Assembly: GCA_046570105.1 (NCBI GenBank)
Contig: JBKHVI010000003.1
Location: forward strand, 48,807-112,806
DNA: 64,000 bases
Direction of reading: 5' to 3'
Origin: Bacteriovoracia bacterium
GTDB lineage: Bacteria; Bdellovibrionota; Bacteriovoracia; Bacteriovoracales; Bacteriovoracaceae
The notes beneath the pieces were generated by a model. That model saw only the letters and a list, made by a program, of their open reading frames with translations. It did no database searches and was not told where the DNA came from. Numbering within the stretch: position 1 is the stretch's first letter; each line of letters begins with the position of its first letter. Below, piece by piece: positions 48,359 through 58,273 of this stretch. Position numbers and translations under genes: made by a program.

Positions 48359-50146
48359 ATGAAGCATTTATGGGTTCTCTCGCTAGCCATTTTATTGCCA
48401 CTTGAGCCGCTTTGGGCGCAAACGCTTAATCAGGCGAACGAAGGCACTAAGCCTCTCACGGATAAAGAGGTTCATGAGGCCAACAATTATGTGCACCAAG
48501 GGCGCAAGCAACAGGTGATGCAAGAAGAGTGTGCGAAATTAAGTGCCAAGTACGACACACCCATGGGCTGTGACGACAAAAGCTCTAAGCCTGGCCAAGT
48601 TTTCAAAGGCACAACAGGCGTAGTGATTGAAGAAGTTCTACCTAAGCTTTACGCCATTATGGGAACAGCTGCCATGGCAGGTAGTGGTGGTAAAATCATG
48701 ATGAAGCCGGATGCAAAAGATAAAACTAAAACCGGTAATGTTAATAAAAAAACTGAAACTCCGGTAAAAGATTCTACTCAGCCGAATGGTACAGAAAAGG
48801 CTGGCACTGGTACAGAAACGGCTGGCACTGATAAAGCATCGACGACTGACACTAAAGCTGGTGATGCAAAAACTCAGGAACAAGAAGGCGAAGAGCGCTC
48901 TGATATCTGTGTCTACATCCCTATGGCCGGTGAACTTGTTGCTGCTGGGATGCAAGCGGCGCAAGAAAAAAATATTGCTGAAGCTCAGCCTGGAACAGAC
49001 GCTCAAAGAGAAGGTCTTCACGCTGTTGCTCGTACCCATGATTCACGTGCTAAAACGGCCACCATCCAAGGTGGTATCTACGCCGCGACAGCTGCTTGTT
49101 ATGTGACCTATATCGCTTCGGGTGCAGTAGTCGATTGGAAACTTGGTCTCAAGCTTGGTGCTGCTACAGTCATGAGTGGTATTTTCTTTAAGAAAGCTAA
49201 TAACCATAAAAAATATGCGTCAGATGTGCGCGCCATTGCCAACAAACTGCCGGGTCTTGGTGACTGTAATCCGCTTACACAAACTCAATGTTTCTGTTCT
49301 GAGCCGACCTCGCGTAACGTCGATATCGCAAACTTCCAAAAAGTCTGTGTGCCTCAACAACTCGCGGCCCGTGAAGGCAAGTTATCAGCCGTTCCCTGTT
49401 CAACCATCCAAAATGGAAATGCCGTTTTAGATATGGAATGTCGCTGTAAGCGCAACAACACTTGCTTGAACGGGCAACTTGCCTCGATGGGTGCAGAGAT
49501 TGGTTTTGGTGGCTATGACCTAGCTGACCCGCTTCGCCTCTTAGGTGAAATGAACGGTACATTAAACGAGGCCAACGTTTCTAATTTTGGTGGTCAATTA
49601 AATGCTCGCTCAAAAGCCGCTCTTGATAAAGAAAGCATTGCTAATGTTCCTTCTATGCGTGGTCTCAACGCTAAAGAAACAGGACTCGCTAAAGAGATGA
49701 ATAAAATGGGTCTGCCAGCACGTATGGCCGCCTTTGCAGCTCAGCAAGCAGGCAGCGCTCCTGCTAGTGCTTCATCACCTGCTATCGCGGCGATTAATTC
49801 AGGCTATGACAGTGGCTCATATAATGGCTCAACGAGAAGAGGTACAAGCTATAACTATGCCGGCTCAACAGGAAGTGCACGACGTGCAGGCCCCGGTTTT
49901 GCGCCATTCAAAAGCCCATTGGACAAGAATGGAAAACCGGCCTCAGTCCAAGTTGAAACATATTCTGAAGAAGCGCTTGCGGCCGCTGATATCAACAAAG
50001 ACACCACGAAAGGTATCTTCGATATCATCTCTCATCGCTACAGAAGTTCAGCGTGGCGCCGCTTTGAAATGGATAAAGCTGTAGAGGCTGCACCGGTGGC
50101 AGAACCAGCAGCAACAGTGCCGGTTATTCCCGTACCTGTTCAATAA
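48359..50146 (+). CDS. Large secreted Cys-rich hypothetical protein
   Basis: Signal peptide MKHLWVLSLAILLPLEPLWA; CNP...CFC...C...C...CRC....C cluster; C-terminal IFDIISHRY. Confidence 0.8.
   Translation: MKHLWVLSLAILLPLEPLWAQTLNQANEGTKPLTDKEVHEANNYVHQGRKQQVMQEECAKLSAKYDTPMGCDDKSSKPGQVFKGTTGVVIEEVLPKLYAIMGTAAMAGSGGKIMMKPDAKDKTKTGNVNKKTETPVKDSTQPNGTEKAGTGTETAGTDKASTTDTKAGDAKTQEQEGEERSDICVYIPMAGELVAAGMQAAQEKNIAEAQPGTDAQREGLHAVARTHDSRAKTATIQGGIYAATAACYVTYIASGAVVDWKLGLKLGAATVMSGIFFKKANNHKKYASDVRAIANKLPGLGDCNPLTQTQCFCSEPTSRNVDIANFQKVCVPQQLAAREGKLSAVPCSTIQNGNAVLDMECRCKRNNTCLNGQLASMGAEIGFGGYDLADPLRLLGEMNGTLNEANVSNFGGQLNARSKAALDKESIANVPSMRGLNAKETGLAKEMNKMGLPARMAAFAAQQAGSAPASASSPAIAAINSGYDSGSYNGSTRRGTSYNYAGSTGSARRAGPGFAPFKSPLDKNGKPASVQVETYSEEALAAADINKDTTKGIFDIISHRYRSSAWRRFEMDKAVEAAPVAEPAATVPVIPVPVQ
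48787..48828 (+). repeat. In-frame 21-bp tandem repeat, two copies
   Basis: TGGTACAGAAAAGGCTGGCAC / TGGTACAGAAACGGCTGGCAC (1 mismatch), encoding GTEKAGT/GTETAGT. Confidence 0.8.
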
Positions 50147-50572
50147 TTAATTTTCAATCATCTCGACACGTGTTTGATGGCGTCCGCCTTCAAATGCGGT
50201 CGAGAGAAACTTCTCCGCCATCGGAATCAATTCTTTCACTGGTGTTTTTCTACCAGCAAGACACATGACATTGGCATCATTGTGACGACGGCACATCTCT
50301 GCATCGTCGAGATCGCGACAGAGTGCCGCTCGAATCCCCTTGAAGCGATTAGCGGCAATTGAGACGCCAATTCCCGAGCCACACAAGAGCAGCCCACGAC
50401 TACCAGGAGCGGCCAATACCGCCTTAGCAAGCTTCTGAGCGTACTCTGGATAGTGAACTGAATCAGCGGTGTGAGTCCCAAGATCGGTGATTTGGTGTGA
50501 GGCAGACAAGGCTGCTTTCAAGGCCTCTTTAGCCTCGAAAGCAGCGTGGTCGCATGCGATAAAAATTTGCAT
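50147..50572 (-). CDS. rpiB: Ribose-5-phosphate isomerase B
   Basis: CDHA, LCGSGIG, ANRFKGIRAA, RRHNDAN, FEGGRH. Confidence 0.95.
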   Translation of the reverse strand: MQIFIACDHAAFEAKEALKAALSASHQITDLGTHTADSVHYPEYAQKLAKAVLAAPGSRGLLLCGSGIGVSIAANRFKGIRAALCRDLDDAEMCRRHNDANVMCLAGRKTPVKELIPMAEKFLSTAFEGGRHQTRVEMIEN

Positions 50573-51909
50573 TAGTAGCGGTAGTACTCAGGCTTAAACG
50601 GTCCTTCAGCAGAGATGCTGAGGTAGTCGGCCTGAGACTTAGAAAGTGTATCAAGCTCAACACCGATTTTTTTCAAGTGTAAGCGAGCCACTTTCTCGTC
50701 GAGAGTTTTTGGAAGCATATAAACTTGCTTCTGATACTTATCAGCGTTGTTCCAAAGTTCAAGTTGCGCCAACACTTGGTTGGTGAACGATGCCGACATT
50801 ACGAAGCTTGGGTGACCAGTCGCACAGCCCAAGTTCACCAAACGGCCTTCAGCAAGGATAATCACATCTTTTCCGTCGATGGTGTACTTATCAACTTGAG
50901 GCTTGATGACGTCTTTAGTGTGACCGTAGTTTTTGTTCAACCATGCCATGTCGATTTCGATATCAAAGTGGCCGATGTTACAAACGATCGCCTTGTCTTT
51001 CAAAGAGCGGAAGTGACGATCAACGATGATGTCTTTGCAACCAGTCGTGGTCACAACGATATCCGCTTCTTTAATCGCATCATCCATCTTCTTCACTTCG
51101 AAACCTTCCATCGCCGCTTGAAGAGCGCAGATAGGATCGATTTCAGTTACGATTACGCGAGCACCAGCACCGCGAAGTGAATCAGCAGAACCTTTACCCA
51201 CATCACCGAAACCAGCCACAACAGCAACTTTACCAGCGATCATGACGTCAGTCGCGCGGCGGATAGCATCCACACATGATTCACGGCAGCCGTACTTGTT
51301 ATCGAATTTTGACTTCGTGACCGAGTCATTCACGTTGATACATGGAACTGGAAGTTTGCCGGCTTTCGCCAACTCGTACAAACGGTGAACGCCTGTCGTT
51401 GTTTCTTCTGAAATACCTTTGATGCCCTTGTAGAGCTCTGGGTACTTAGAAAGAACCATCTCAGTCAAATCACCGCCGTCATCCAAAATCATGTTCAATG
51501 GCTTCTTGTCTTCGCCAAAGAAAATCGTCTGGTCGATACACCAGTTGAACTCTTCTTCGTTCTGACCTTTCCAAGCATAAACTGGAATTCCAGCAGCCGC
51601 GATCGCCGCAGCAGCGTGGTCTTGAGTTGAGAAGATGTTACAAGATGACCAAGTCACGTCTGCACCCAACTCAACCAATGTTTCAATCAACACAGCCGTT
51701 TGGATCGTCATGTGCAAGCAACCAGCAACACGAGCGCCTTTCAAAGGCTTTGATTTGCCGAACTCTTCACGTAGCGCCATCAAACCTGGCATTTCCGCTT
51801 CAGCGAGTTTAATTTCCTTGCGGCCCCAATCGGCCAGGCTAATGTCCTTAACCTTATATTTTACGCGGGTTGAGTTACCGTAAGTAGCTTCTGAAAAATT
51901 AGCTTTCAT
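50572..51909 (-). CDS. ahcY: Adenosylhomocysteinase
   Basis: [55 protein letters not shown]. Confidence 0.98.
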   Translation of the reverse strand: MKANFSEATYGNSTRVKYKVKDISLADWGRKEIKLAEAEMPGLMALREEFGKSKPLKGARVAGCLHMTIQTAVLIETLVELGADVTWSSCNIFSTQDHAAAAIAAAGIPVYAWKGQNEEEFNWCIDQTIFFGEDKKPLNMILDDGGDLTEMVLSKYPELYKGIKGISEETTTGVHRLYELAKAGKLPVPCINVNDSVTKSKFDNKYGCRESCVDAIRRATDVMIAGKVAVVAGFGDVGKGSADSLRGAGARVIVTEIDPICALQAAMEGFEVKKMDDAIKEADIVVTTTGCKDIIVDRHFRSLKDKAIVCNIGHFDIEIDMAWLNKNYGHTKDVIKPQVDKYTIDGKDVIILAEGRLVNLGCATGHPSFVMSASFTNQVLAQLELWNNADKYQKQVYMLPKTLDEKVARLHLKKIGVELDTLSKSQADYLSISAEGPFKPEYYRY

Positions 51910-52028
51910 AAAGAGTCCTTTCCCTCAGGGAGGAGGTTTGATAGATATGCGCCAAAAGTTAACACTAATTCCCTTGGCCTTCAAGGTTGTCTACGTCTTT
52001 TTGAAGGCTTAACGAAAGGTACTCGCTC

Positions 52029-53264
52029 GTGGAAAAACATCTTACTGACTATTTTGCTTCCTGCCCGACCGGTCTCGAGGAGCTATTAGCTACCGAAATC
52101 ATGAAAGAAGGCGCGGAAACGACCACTCTGCAACGGGGCGGCGTCGCCTTTACGGCGCAAAACGCCATCGTTCCTCTCAAAATTATCCTGCAATCTCGCA
52201 CAGCTAGCCGCGTCTTCAAACAGCTCTACAGCTTCGAGTGTCATAACGAAAAATCGATGTACCAAGAGCTCGCCGATATTAAATGGAAGGCCCTGATGGA
52301 TGTCTTCCAGACTTTCCGTCTCACTACCATCTACGGCAAGCTCCCTTTTGATCGTGAAGTTTTTACTAATTCACAGTTCACTAACCTCAAAGCGAAAGAC
52401 GCTATCGTCGATTGGTTCAACCATAACCACAACCGTCGTCCAAGTGTTGATAAAGAACATCCCGATGTCTCTTATCTTTTGCGTGTCGATGATGCCCATG
52501 AAGGTCTCTATAAAGTTCAATTGATGCTCGATCTGTGCGGCAATCCCATGAGTAATCGCGGCTACCGTCGCGCACCCACGGAAGCTCCTGTGCGTGAAAA
52601 CTTGGCCGCCGGAATTTTGATGCTGTTAGGTTGGGATGCAAAAACCGAAGGCCTCGTTGATGGCATGTGTGGCTCTGGCACATTCTTGATTGAAGGTGCG
52701 CTCATTGCGGGAAATATCTCGCCGCAGTGGTTGAAGCTGAAAGATTGGAAAAAGAATATGCGTCCTTGGGCGTTTCTCTCGAATCAGTGGTTCACCCGCG
52801 ATCTGCCTTTGATGGATGCGTTTAAAGATTTAGCTGAACAGACCATCAAGGCCGATGCGGAAAACTTGAAAGCCCTTATTCTTTCTAAACCCACTCTCAC
52901 CGGTTCAGACATTGATGATCGTGTACTTGCGTGCACCAAAGAAAATTTGCGTGTTGCTGGCATGGGTGAACTCGTTCCCGTCTTTCAATCTTCGGCACTC
53001 ACCATTCCTGCACCATCGCAGAAAACACTCTTCATCTGTAACCCACCTTACGGTGAGCGTTTGCAGTCGGGCGAAGAAGCCGCGTTGAAAGAGCTCTATC
53101 ATGGCATGGGTGAGAACTGGAAAAAGAACTGGAAAGGCCATCGTGCCGCCGTCTTAACCGGCAACCTGCCACTTTTGAAATCTATTTCTCTGAGAAGTTC
53201 ACGTCGCTTGAGTTTATATAACGGCGATATCGAATGTCGGGTAGCGGAGTATCAGTTGTTTTAA
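52029..53264 (+). CDS. THUMP-domain RNA methyltransferase (RlmL/RlmKL N-terminal-like)
   Basis: GLEELLA.E, RGYR...EAPVRENLAA, DGMCGSGTFLIE, NPPYGERL, NGDIEC. Confidence 0.9.
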   Translation: MEKHLTDYFASCPTGLEELLATEIMKEGAETTTLQRGGVAFTAQNAIVPLKIILQSRTASRVFKQLYSFECHNEKSMYQELADIKWKALMDVFQTFRLTTIYGKLPFDREVFTNSQFTNLKAKDAIVDWFNHNHNRRPSVDKEHPDVSYLLRVDDAHEGLYKVQLMLDLCGNPMSNRGYRRAPTEAPVRENLAAGILMLLGWDAKTEGLVDGMCGSGTFLIEGALIAGNISPQWLKLKDWKKNMRPWAFLSNQWFTRDLPLMDAFKDLAEQTIKADAENLKALILSKPTLTGSDIDDRVLACTKENLRVAGMGELVPVFQSSALTIPAPSQKTLFICNPPYGERLQSGEEAALKELYHGMGENWKKNWKGHRAAVLTGNLPLLKSISLRSSRRLSLYNGDIECRVAEYQLF

Positions 53265-53266
53265 TG

Positions 53267-53298
53267 AAAAGGGCCTCGATTGAGGCCCTTCTTTTTTT
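53267..53298. terminator. Bidirectional intrinsic terminator
   Basis: AAGGGCCTC-gatt-GAGGCCCTT with A-run before and T-run after. Confidence 0.85.
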
Positions 53299-54327
53299 CT
53301 ACTCCGAAATCACCGCAACGACGCGACGATTTTTTTGTTTGCCTTCAACTGTCTTGTTATCAGCAATCGGCTTCTCAGAACCGAAACCGACAGCGCTTAA
53401 GCGGCGTGATTCGATGCCAAGTTTTGTGACGAGGTAATTCTTAACTGATTCAGCGCGAGCTTGTGAGAGCTTCTTATTCAACGCCTGGCCTCCTGAACTG
53501 TCAGTGTGACCTTCGATCACGGCCGTCGTTTGGGGATGCGCTTTCAAGAAACCAGCGAGGTCTTCAAGTTGTGAGTGGTAAGCAGCAGCGATATCCGTCT
53601 TGCCTGAAGCGAATTCGACATTGATGCGGATTTCAGCTTTCTCTTCGCGAGCACAACCGTAATCGTTCACTTCAACACCTGACTTAGTGCCTGGGCAGCG
53701 ATCAAGACGATCAACCACACCGTCATTGTCTGAGTCTTTGTCAGTTACAACTGGTGAAGTTTGTTTTTGTTGAGCTGGAGCTGTTTCGGTATTTTTTGGA
53801 GATCCGAAGTACCAAGTGAGAGCCACGCGAGCTGCGATGATGTGCATAGGATTGGCCTTACGAGCGTAATCACCACCGCCAGTGAGGCGCTGATCAACGT
53901 GTTGGTAATCAACTGCTGCACCAACAACGAGGTTAGTGAGAAGATCATACTCAGCACCAACGACACCTTTGTAGCTTGTGCGCCAAGACTCTCCGTTTTG
54001 CGCATCCACATGGCCCAAACCCAAAGCAACATAGGGGCTGAAGCGTGCTGTAGAGAAACGGTATTGAGCTGCAAGACCCGTCGTCTTCATGTTGAAAGAA
54101 ACATCATCGAACTCATGACGGCCGTAGCTCAACTCAAAACCCCACTTAGAGTTTAAGTGGTAGCGAGCATGGCCTGCCCAATTGTATCCACCATCAGCAG
54201 CATTGTTGAATGTATGGCCGAAGATAGGAGTGTTGTAACCGACACTGCCTCCGATACCGAATTGACCGGTACGATCAGCAGCGAAAACAGCAGTTGAAAG
54301 AAGAAGCATAAGAACGAATAAACGCAT
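53299..54327 (-). CDS. OmpA family protein
   Basis: Signal peptide, beta-barrel, DSDNDGV.DRLDRCP Ca-binding-type repeat, EGHTDS, LSQARAESV, NRRV. Confidence 0.93.
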   Translation of the reverse strand: MRLFVLMLLLSTAVFAADRTGQFGIGGSVGYNTPIFGHTFNNAADGGYNWAGHARYHLNSKWGFELSYGRHEFDDVSFNMKTTGLAAQYRFSTARFSPYVALGLGHVDAQNGESWRTSYKGVVGAEYDLLTNLVVGAAVDYQHVDQRLTGGGDYARKANPMHIIAARVALTWYFGSPKNTETAPAQQKQTSPVVTDKDSDNDGVVDRLDRCPGTKSGVEVNDYGCAREEKAEIRINVEFASGKTDIAAAYHSQLEDLAGFLKAHPQTTAVIEGHTDSSGGQALNKKLSQARAESVKNYLVTKLGIESRRLSAVGFGSEKPIADNKTVEGKQKNRRVVAVISE

Positions 54328-54391
54328 AAGACCCCTTGTATGTTGAAGGGGCCATGGTGAAGCTAACGCGGCGCTTCTATCAATCAAACAC

Positions 54392-55213
54392 TTAGAGTTT
54401 ATCCTCAAGCTTCATAGCGAGCTGCGGACTGGCAAAGCGTAACAGTGCAGACTTATTCGCGACCTTGTCATAGTGCTTGTCTGAGCGTGAGAAGAAATAG
54501 TTATGCACATCCTGATCTTTTAAAAAGATGGTGTGGCCTTTGCTATCAAATTTACGCAAAACAAAATCACTATCTAAGAGCAAGATGTCACGAATTGTGA
54601 AATTCTTCGCGACGTACATGATGATGATGTAGTCAGAGAGTTCAGCGAGACTCTTTTTGACTTTGACGCCTTTGGGGCTCGTCGTATCGTGAAAATCAAT
54701 TTTCACTTCCACCAATTTTCCGTCGGCGACTTTAAAATCAAAACCACGCTGACTGGAACTCTTGACTTGATGAAGACCAAAAATAATTTTGGCGTACCAC
54801 TCACCCAACTGCACCGGTAGATTCTTGCCGTTGATGACGACTTTATGTTCTTTGAGAATCTGGTGGGTTTTATGCACCACTTCGACGGTATCAAAAATGG
54901 CTTTTTGATCCGGCAGGTGCATGATGCCGATGGTTTTGATGTTCTTAGTAGGGATCTTCTTTTGGAACTGCTTCTGGTACCAATCATCAAAACTGGTGAG
55001 TTCTAAGAAATCAAACGAGCTATAAACAAAGCCCTCGGCCTTCAAGAGGTCGATGTCTTTGACTTCGCTGGCCTGTTTTTGAATGAAGCTCCAGGGAACG
55101 AACTCATTATCGTTTTGTCCCATGACATAGATATTATCTTTGTCATAGTCACTGGCGCCGTGAGTCTGGGCCGAGAATTCTCGGGCCAGGCTGAAGACTT
55201 TTTCTTTAAACAC
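54392..55213 (-). CDS. Hypothetical protein with PD-(D/E)XK nuclease-like motif
   Basis: LGEWYA...GFD......KLVEVK in the C-terminal half; GTG start. Confidence 0.6.
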   Translation of the reverse strand: MFKEKVFSLAREFSAQTHGASDYDKDNIYVMGQNDNEFVPWSFIQKQASEVKDIDLLKAEGFVYSSFDFLELTSFDDWYQKQFQKKIPTKNIKTIGIMHLPDQKAIFDTVEVVHKTHQILKEHKVVINGKNLPVQLGEWYAKIIFGLHQVKSSSQRGFDFKVADGKLVEVKIDFHDTTSPKGVKVKKSLAELSDYIIIMYVAKNFTIRDILLLDSDFVLRKFDSKGHTIFLKDQDVHNYFFSRSDKHYDKVANKSALLRFASPQLAMKLEDKL

Positions 55214-55260
55214 GTGAAACCTTTAAATCTAAAATTGGTATTAGTTTACCACTTACGATC

Positions 55261-56994
55261 TTAAAGCTCCAGCATGCTGACATCATCGCCGAAATCAGTG
55301 ATGGTTTTGGCGATAGATAAGTTGTGCACCAAGTAGTGGCCACAGTAAGTTTTAAAGTCGACTATTTTTGACTCGAGGTACTTCTTCTCGTCTCCCGAGG
55401 CTCCGGCAAGCTTCTTCTGAGCAATCTTCGCCGACTCCATCAAGCGCCAAGCGACCACCATTTGAGAGGCAAACTGCAAAAAGTCTGTGCAGTGTTGCAA
55501 AACTAAGTTGAACTGATTTTTTTGGGCGAGACCTGAGATGTGCTGCATAGTAGCTTGAGCACTCATCAATACTTTACCGAACAAGTCTTTTTCTTTTTTG
55601 AAAGTCGCATCATCTAGACTTGTGACACTGGCGATGATTTCCGCCGAAAGTGCACTGATGGCCTTACCGCCGTCTTTCAAAATTTTTCTCATCACGAAGT
55701 CGATGGCCTGAATGCCGTTGGTGCCTTCGTAGATGGTGGCAATTTTGGTGTCGCGCACGAACTGCTCGATGCCATATTCTGAACAGTAACCGTAACCGCC
55801 GTGAGCTTGCAGAGCTTCTACACCGACTTGGAAACCTTGCTCTGAGCAGTAGGCCTTACAGATCGGAGTTAAGAGACCAATCAGACCTTCATATTTGTGA
55901 TCACCCGTTTCATGAACTTTATCGAAGAGATCAGCGGTGTACATACAAAGCGCGCGCATGCCGCGGCTCATCGCTCTCATACGTAAAAGATTGCGACGAA
56001 TATCTGGATGGTGAACAATTTCTTTGCCGAACTGAATGCGCTCACCGACATATTTATTGGCCATAAGATAGGCCAGGTTTCCTTGGCTCTCGCCTTGAAT
56101 ACCGCAGTACAAGCGAGCTTCGTTCATCATGATGAACATGGTGCTCATGCCTTCAAACTCATCACCAATCAACCAGCCTTCTGTTTCACCGGTTTGACCG
56201 AATTGCATTTCACAAGTCGCCGAAGCGTGAATGCCCATTTTATGTTCGATCTTTGAGCACTGAACATTATTTGATCCGGCGTTGGTGCCGTCGGCAGAAA
56301 TTTTAAAACGTGGAACCACAAAGAGTGAAATTCCTTTCGTTCCTTCAGCCCCGCCCGGAGTACGAGCGAGTACCAAGTGAATATTATTTTCGTAAAGATC
56401 ACTCTCGCCTGAAGAGATGAAAATCTTCGAGCCCTTAATGGCATACTTTCCATCAGCAATGGGTTTCGCGGTTGATTTCAAAGCTCCCACATCTGAACCA
56501 GCACCGGCTTCCGTGAGACACATGGTGCCGCCCCACTCTCCGCTCATCATTTTAGGCACGATGACATTTTTCATGAAGTCATTGCCTTTCAAGCGAAGCA
56601 CGTTCATCGCTGCACGCGAGAGACCTGGATACATCATCCACGCACAGTTGGCACCCGTCGCCAGTGACATACAAGTTGTGTAGAGAGCTTCCGGAACAGG
56701 AGTGCCTCCCATTTCTGCCGGAAAGCCTAGAGCAAACCAACCATTTTCGTGAAAAGCTTTTTGTACGCCGTGAAGCACCTTGGGGACTTTCACTTGTCCA
56801 TCCACCATCTTCACGCCTTCAGCGTCGGAAGCTTCGCGAGTTGGAAAAATTTCGTTCTCAACGAACTTGTTATATTCTTCCAAAATTCCACGGTAATCAT
56901 TTTCGTTCAGTCCAAACTGAGGCAAGCGCTGAACTTGCAATACATCGAAGAGGTTGAACTGAATGTCTTTGAGATCAACTTGATACTTACCCAT
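55261..56994 (-). CDS. Acyl-CoA dehydrogenase
   Basis: MCLTEAGAGSD, GSKIFIS, EHKMGIHASATC, HGGYGY, IYEGTNGIQAID; start MGKYQV. Confidence 0.95.
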   Translation of the reverse strand: MGKYQVDLKDIQFNLFDVLQVQRLPQFGLNENDYRGILEEYNKFVENEIFPTREASDAEGVKMVDGQVKVPKVLHGVQKAFHENGWFALGFPAEMGGTPVPEALYTTCMSLATGANCAWMMYPGLSRAAMNVLRLKGNDFMKNVIVPKMMSGEWGGTMCLTEAGAGSDVGALKSTAKPIADGKYAIKGSKIFISSGESDLYENNIHLVLARTPGGAEGTKGISLFVVPRFKISADGTNAGSNNVQCSKIEHKMGIHASATCEMQFGQTGETEGWLIGDEFEGMSTMFIMMNEARLYCGIQGESQGNLAYLMANKYVGERIQFGKEIVHHPDIRRNLLRMRAMSRGMRALCMYTADLFDKVHETGDHKYEGLIGLLTPICKAYCSEQGFQVGVEALQAHGGYGYCSEYGIEQFVRDTKIATIYEGTNGIQAIDFVMRKILKDGGKAISALSAEIIASVTSLDDATFKKEKDLFGKVLMSAQATMQHISGLAQKNQFNLVLQHCTDFLQFASQMVVAWRLMESAKIAQKKLAGASGDEKKYLESKIVDFKTYCGHYLVHNLSIAKTITDFGDDVSMLEL

Positions 56995-57107
56995 AATGGC
57001 TCCTGGAAAAATAAAATTACTACCAGGATAACCCGTGCCCAAACTCTGGGAAAGACGCGATTAATAGGGAAAACTTGGACACTCTTGAGTGTGAATGTCG
57101 GATAAAT

Positions 57108-57134
57108 AAAAAAGGGCCCCGAATGGGGCCCCTT
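57108..57134 (-). terminator. Intrinsic terminator
   Basis: GGGCCCC-gaat-GGGGCCC preceded by an A-run on +. Confidence 0.8.
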
Positions 57135-57155
57135 AGTTGAGTAATGTCAGTCTTT

Positions 57156-57788
57156 TTAGTAGATCGAGATATAAGCGCCAATCACACCTTCGGTTACCGT
57201 CTGTGACTTACGCATCACCGGGTTAAGCATCAGTGGCATCGCTGGGCTGATAACAAACTGTTGGTTGTCATAAGTTTGAACCGAGTAAGCATCATACTGC
57301 TGACCCATGTACTCTACTTTACCAGCGCGAACACCGTTTGGAACGATCATGCCATCTGGAAGATCCAAGAAGGCGCGAAGGCTTGAGTCGTTATGGCCTT
57401 GGTAAGTTCCTGCAACACCCGTGTTTGACTTGTAGTTGTTACAGTTACCACTTTGCACATAAAGTGAAAGTGAACTAGTGTTTGTCATGCGCACAGATTC
57501 ACAGGTTGATGTTGAACTATAAGTTGTATAGTCAAAGATCCACCAGTTTCCGTTATTCGCTGAAACAGTTGTGGTGTAAAAATCGTAAGCTTGATGAGCT
57601 ACAATTCCAGTTGTTGCATTTTTTCCTAACAATTGAGCTTTCAATTGGGCCACAGATTGATTGGCCGGTTGATTAGTGTTGATCGCATCAAAATTAGATG
57701 AACCACCGCCGCCAGATTTGTTGTCTTTACCGCAAGCAGCGGCGAACGATAAAAGCGCAGCAAGCAAAACGAAGTTAAAAAGTTTCAT
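57156..57788 (-). CDS. Hypothetical lipoprotein
   Basis: Lipobox AAAC followed by GKDNKSGGGG linker; GGAGG RBS. Confidence 0.85.
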   Translation of the reverse strand: MKLFNFVLLAALLSFAAACGKDNKSGGGGSSNFDAINTNQPANQSVAQLKAQLLGKNATTGIVAHQAYDFYTTTVSANNGNWWIFDYTTYSSTSTCESVRMTNTSSLSLYVQSGNCNNYKSNTGVAGTYQGHNDSSLRAFLDLPDGMIVPNGVRAGKVEYMGQQYDAYSVQTYDNQQFVISPAMPLMLNPVMRKSQTVTEGVIGAYISIY

Positions 57789-57829
57789 ATGTCCTCCCCG
57801 GACGATAAGTCAGTGTTTGGGGACTTATA

Positions 57830-57903
57830 TCCAAGAAACGTGCCAAGTTTTGTTGTCTTATTTAGAGGGGTTAGCCACCCCCTACCTGTCTAAACTCTAG
57901 ACA
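57830..57903 (-). promoter_or_regulatory. Putative sigma54 promoter plus palindromic upstream activator site
   Basis: TGGCACG-TTTC-TTGGA (57830-57845) and TGTCTA-N5-TAGACA (57887-57903). Confidence 0.55.
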
Positions 57904-57952
57904 GTGGCCAAAAGCCCCGTACAAAATAGGTACATCCCTCTCAGGAGTTTTT

Positions 57953-58273
57953 ATGTCCTATATATTAGTCGGATCCTACGCCTCCCTTTTTGTTCGCCGA
58001 ATTCGTATGGCGATGGAGCATATCCCTTTCGAATTTAAAGTCGTTAATTTATGGGAAGAAGTGGGGGCCGCTGAAATCAAAAAGTTAAACCCCATCAATC
58101 AGATCCCCTGTCTCATTGATAATGGTGAAGTGATTTGGGATTCACGGATCATTCTTCAGCATCTGGCCAAAAAACATCAATGGCCTAGTTTAAGTCTAGA
58201 AGCTCAGGATTTTCTAGCCCTTCATGTCCATCGCCCGATTGTCCAAAACACTCATCCAAGTAAGGCCTCATGA
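57953..58273 (+). pseudogene. Glutathione S-transferase remnant (N-terminal domain only)
   Basis: GSYASLFVRRIR, NPINQIPCL, WDSRIILQHL; only 106 aa, helical C-domain missing. Confidence 0.55.

Noticed and set aside
51910..52028. SAH or SAM riboswitch upstream of ahcY
   Set aside because: The conserved GAGGAGCG...AGGCUC core of SAH riboswitches was not found. An Rfam scan would settle it.
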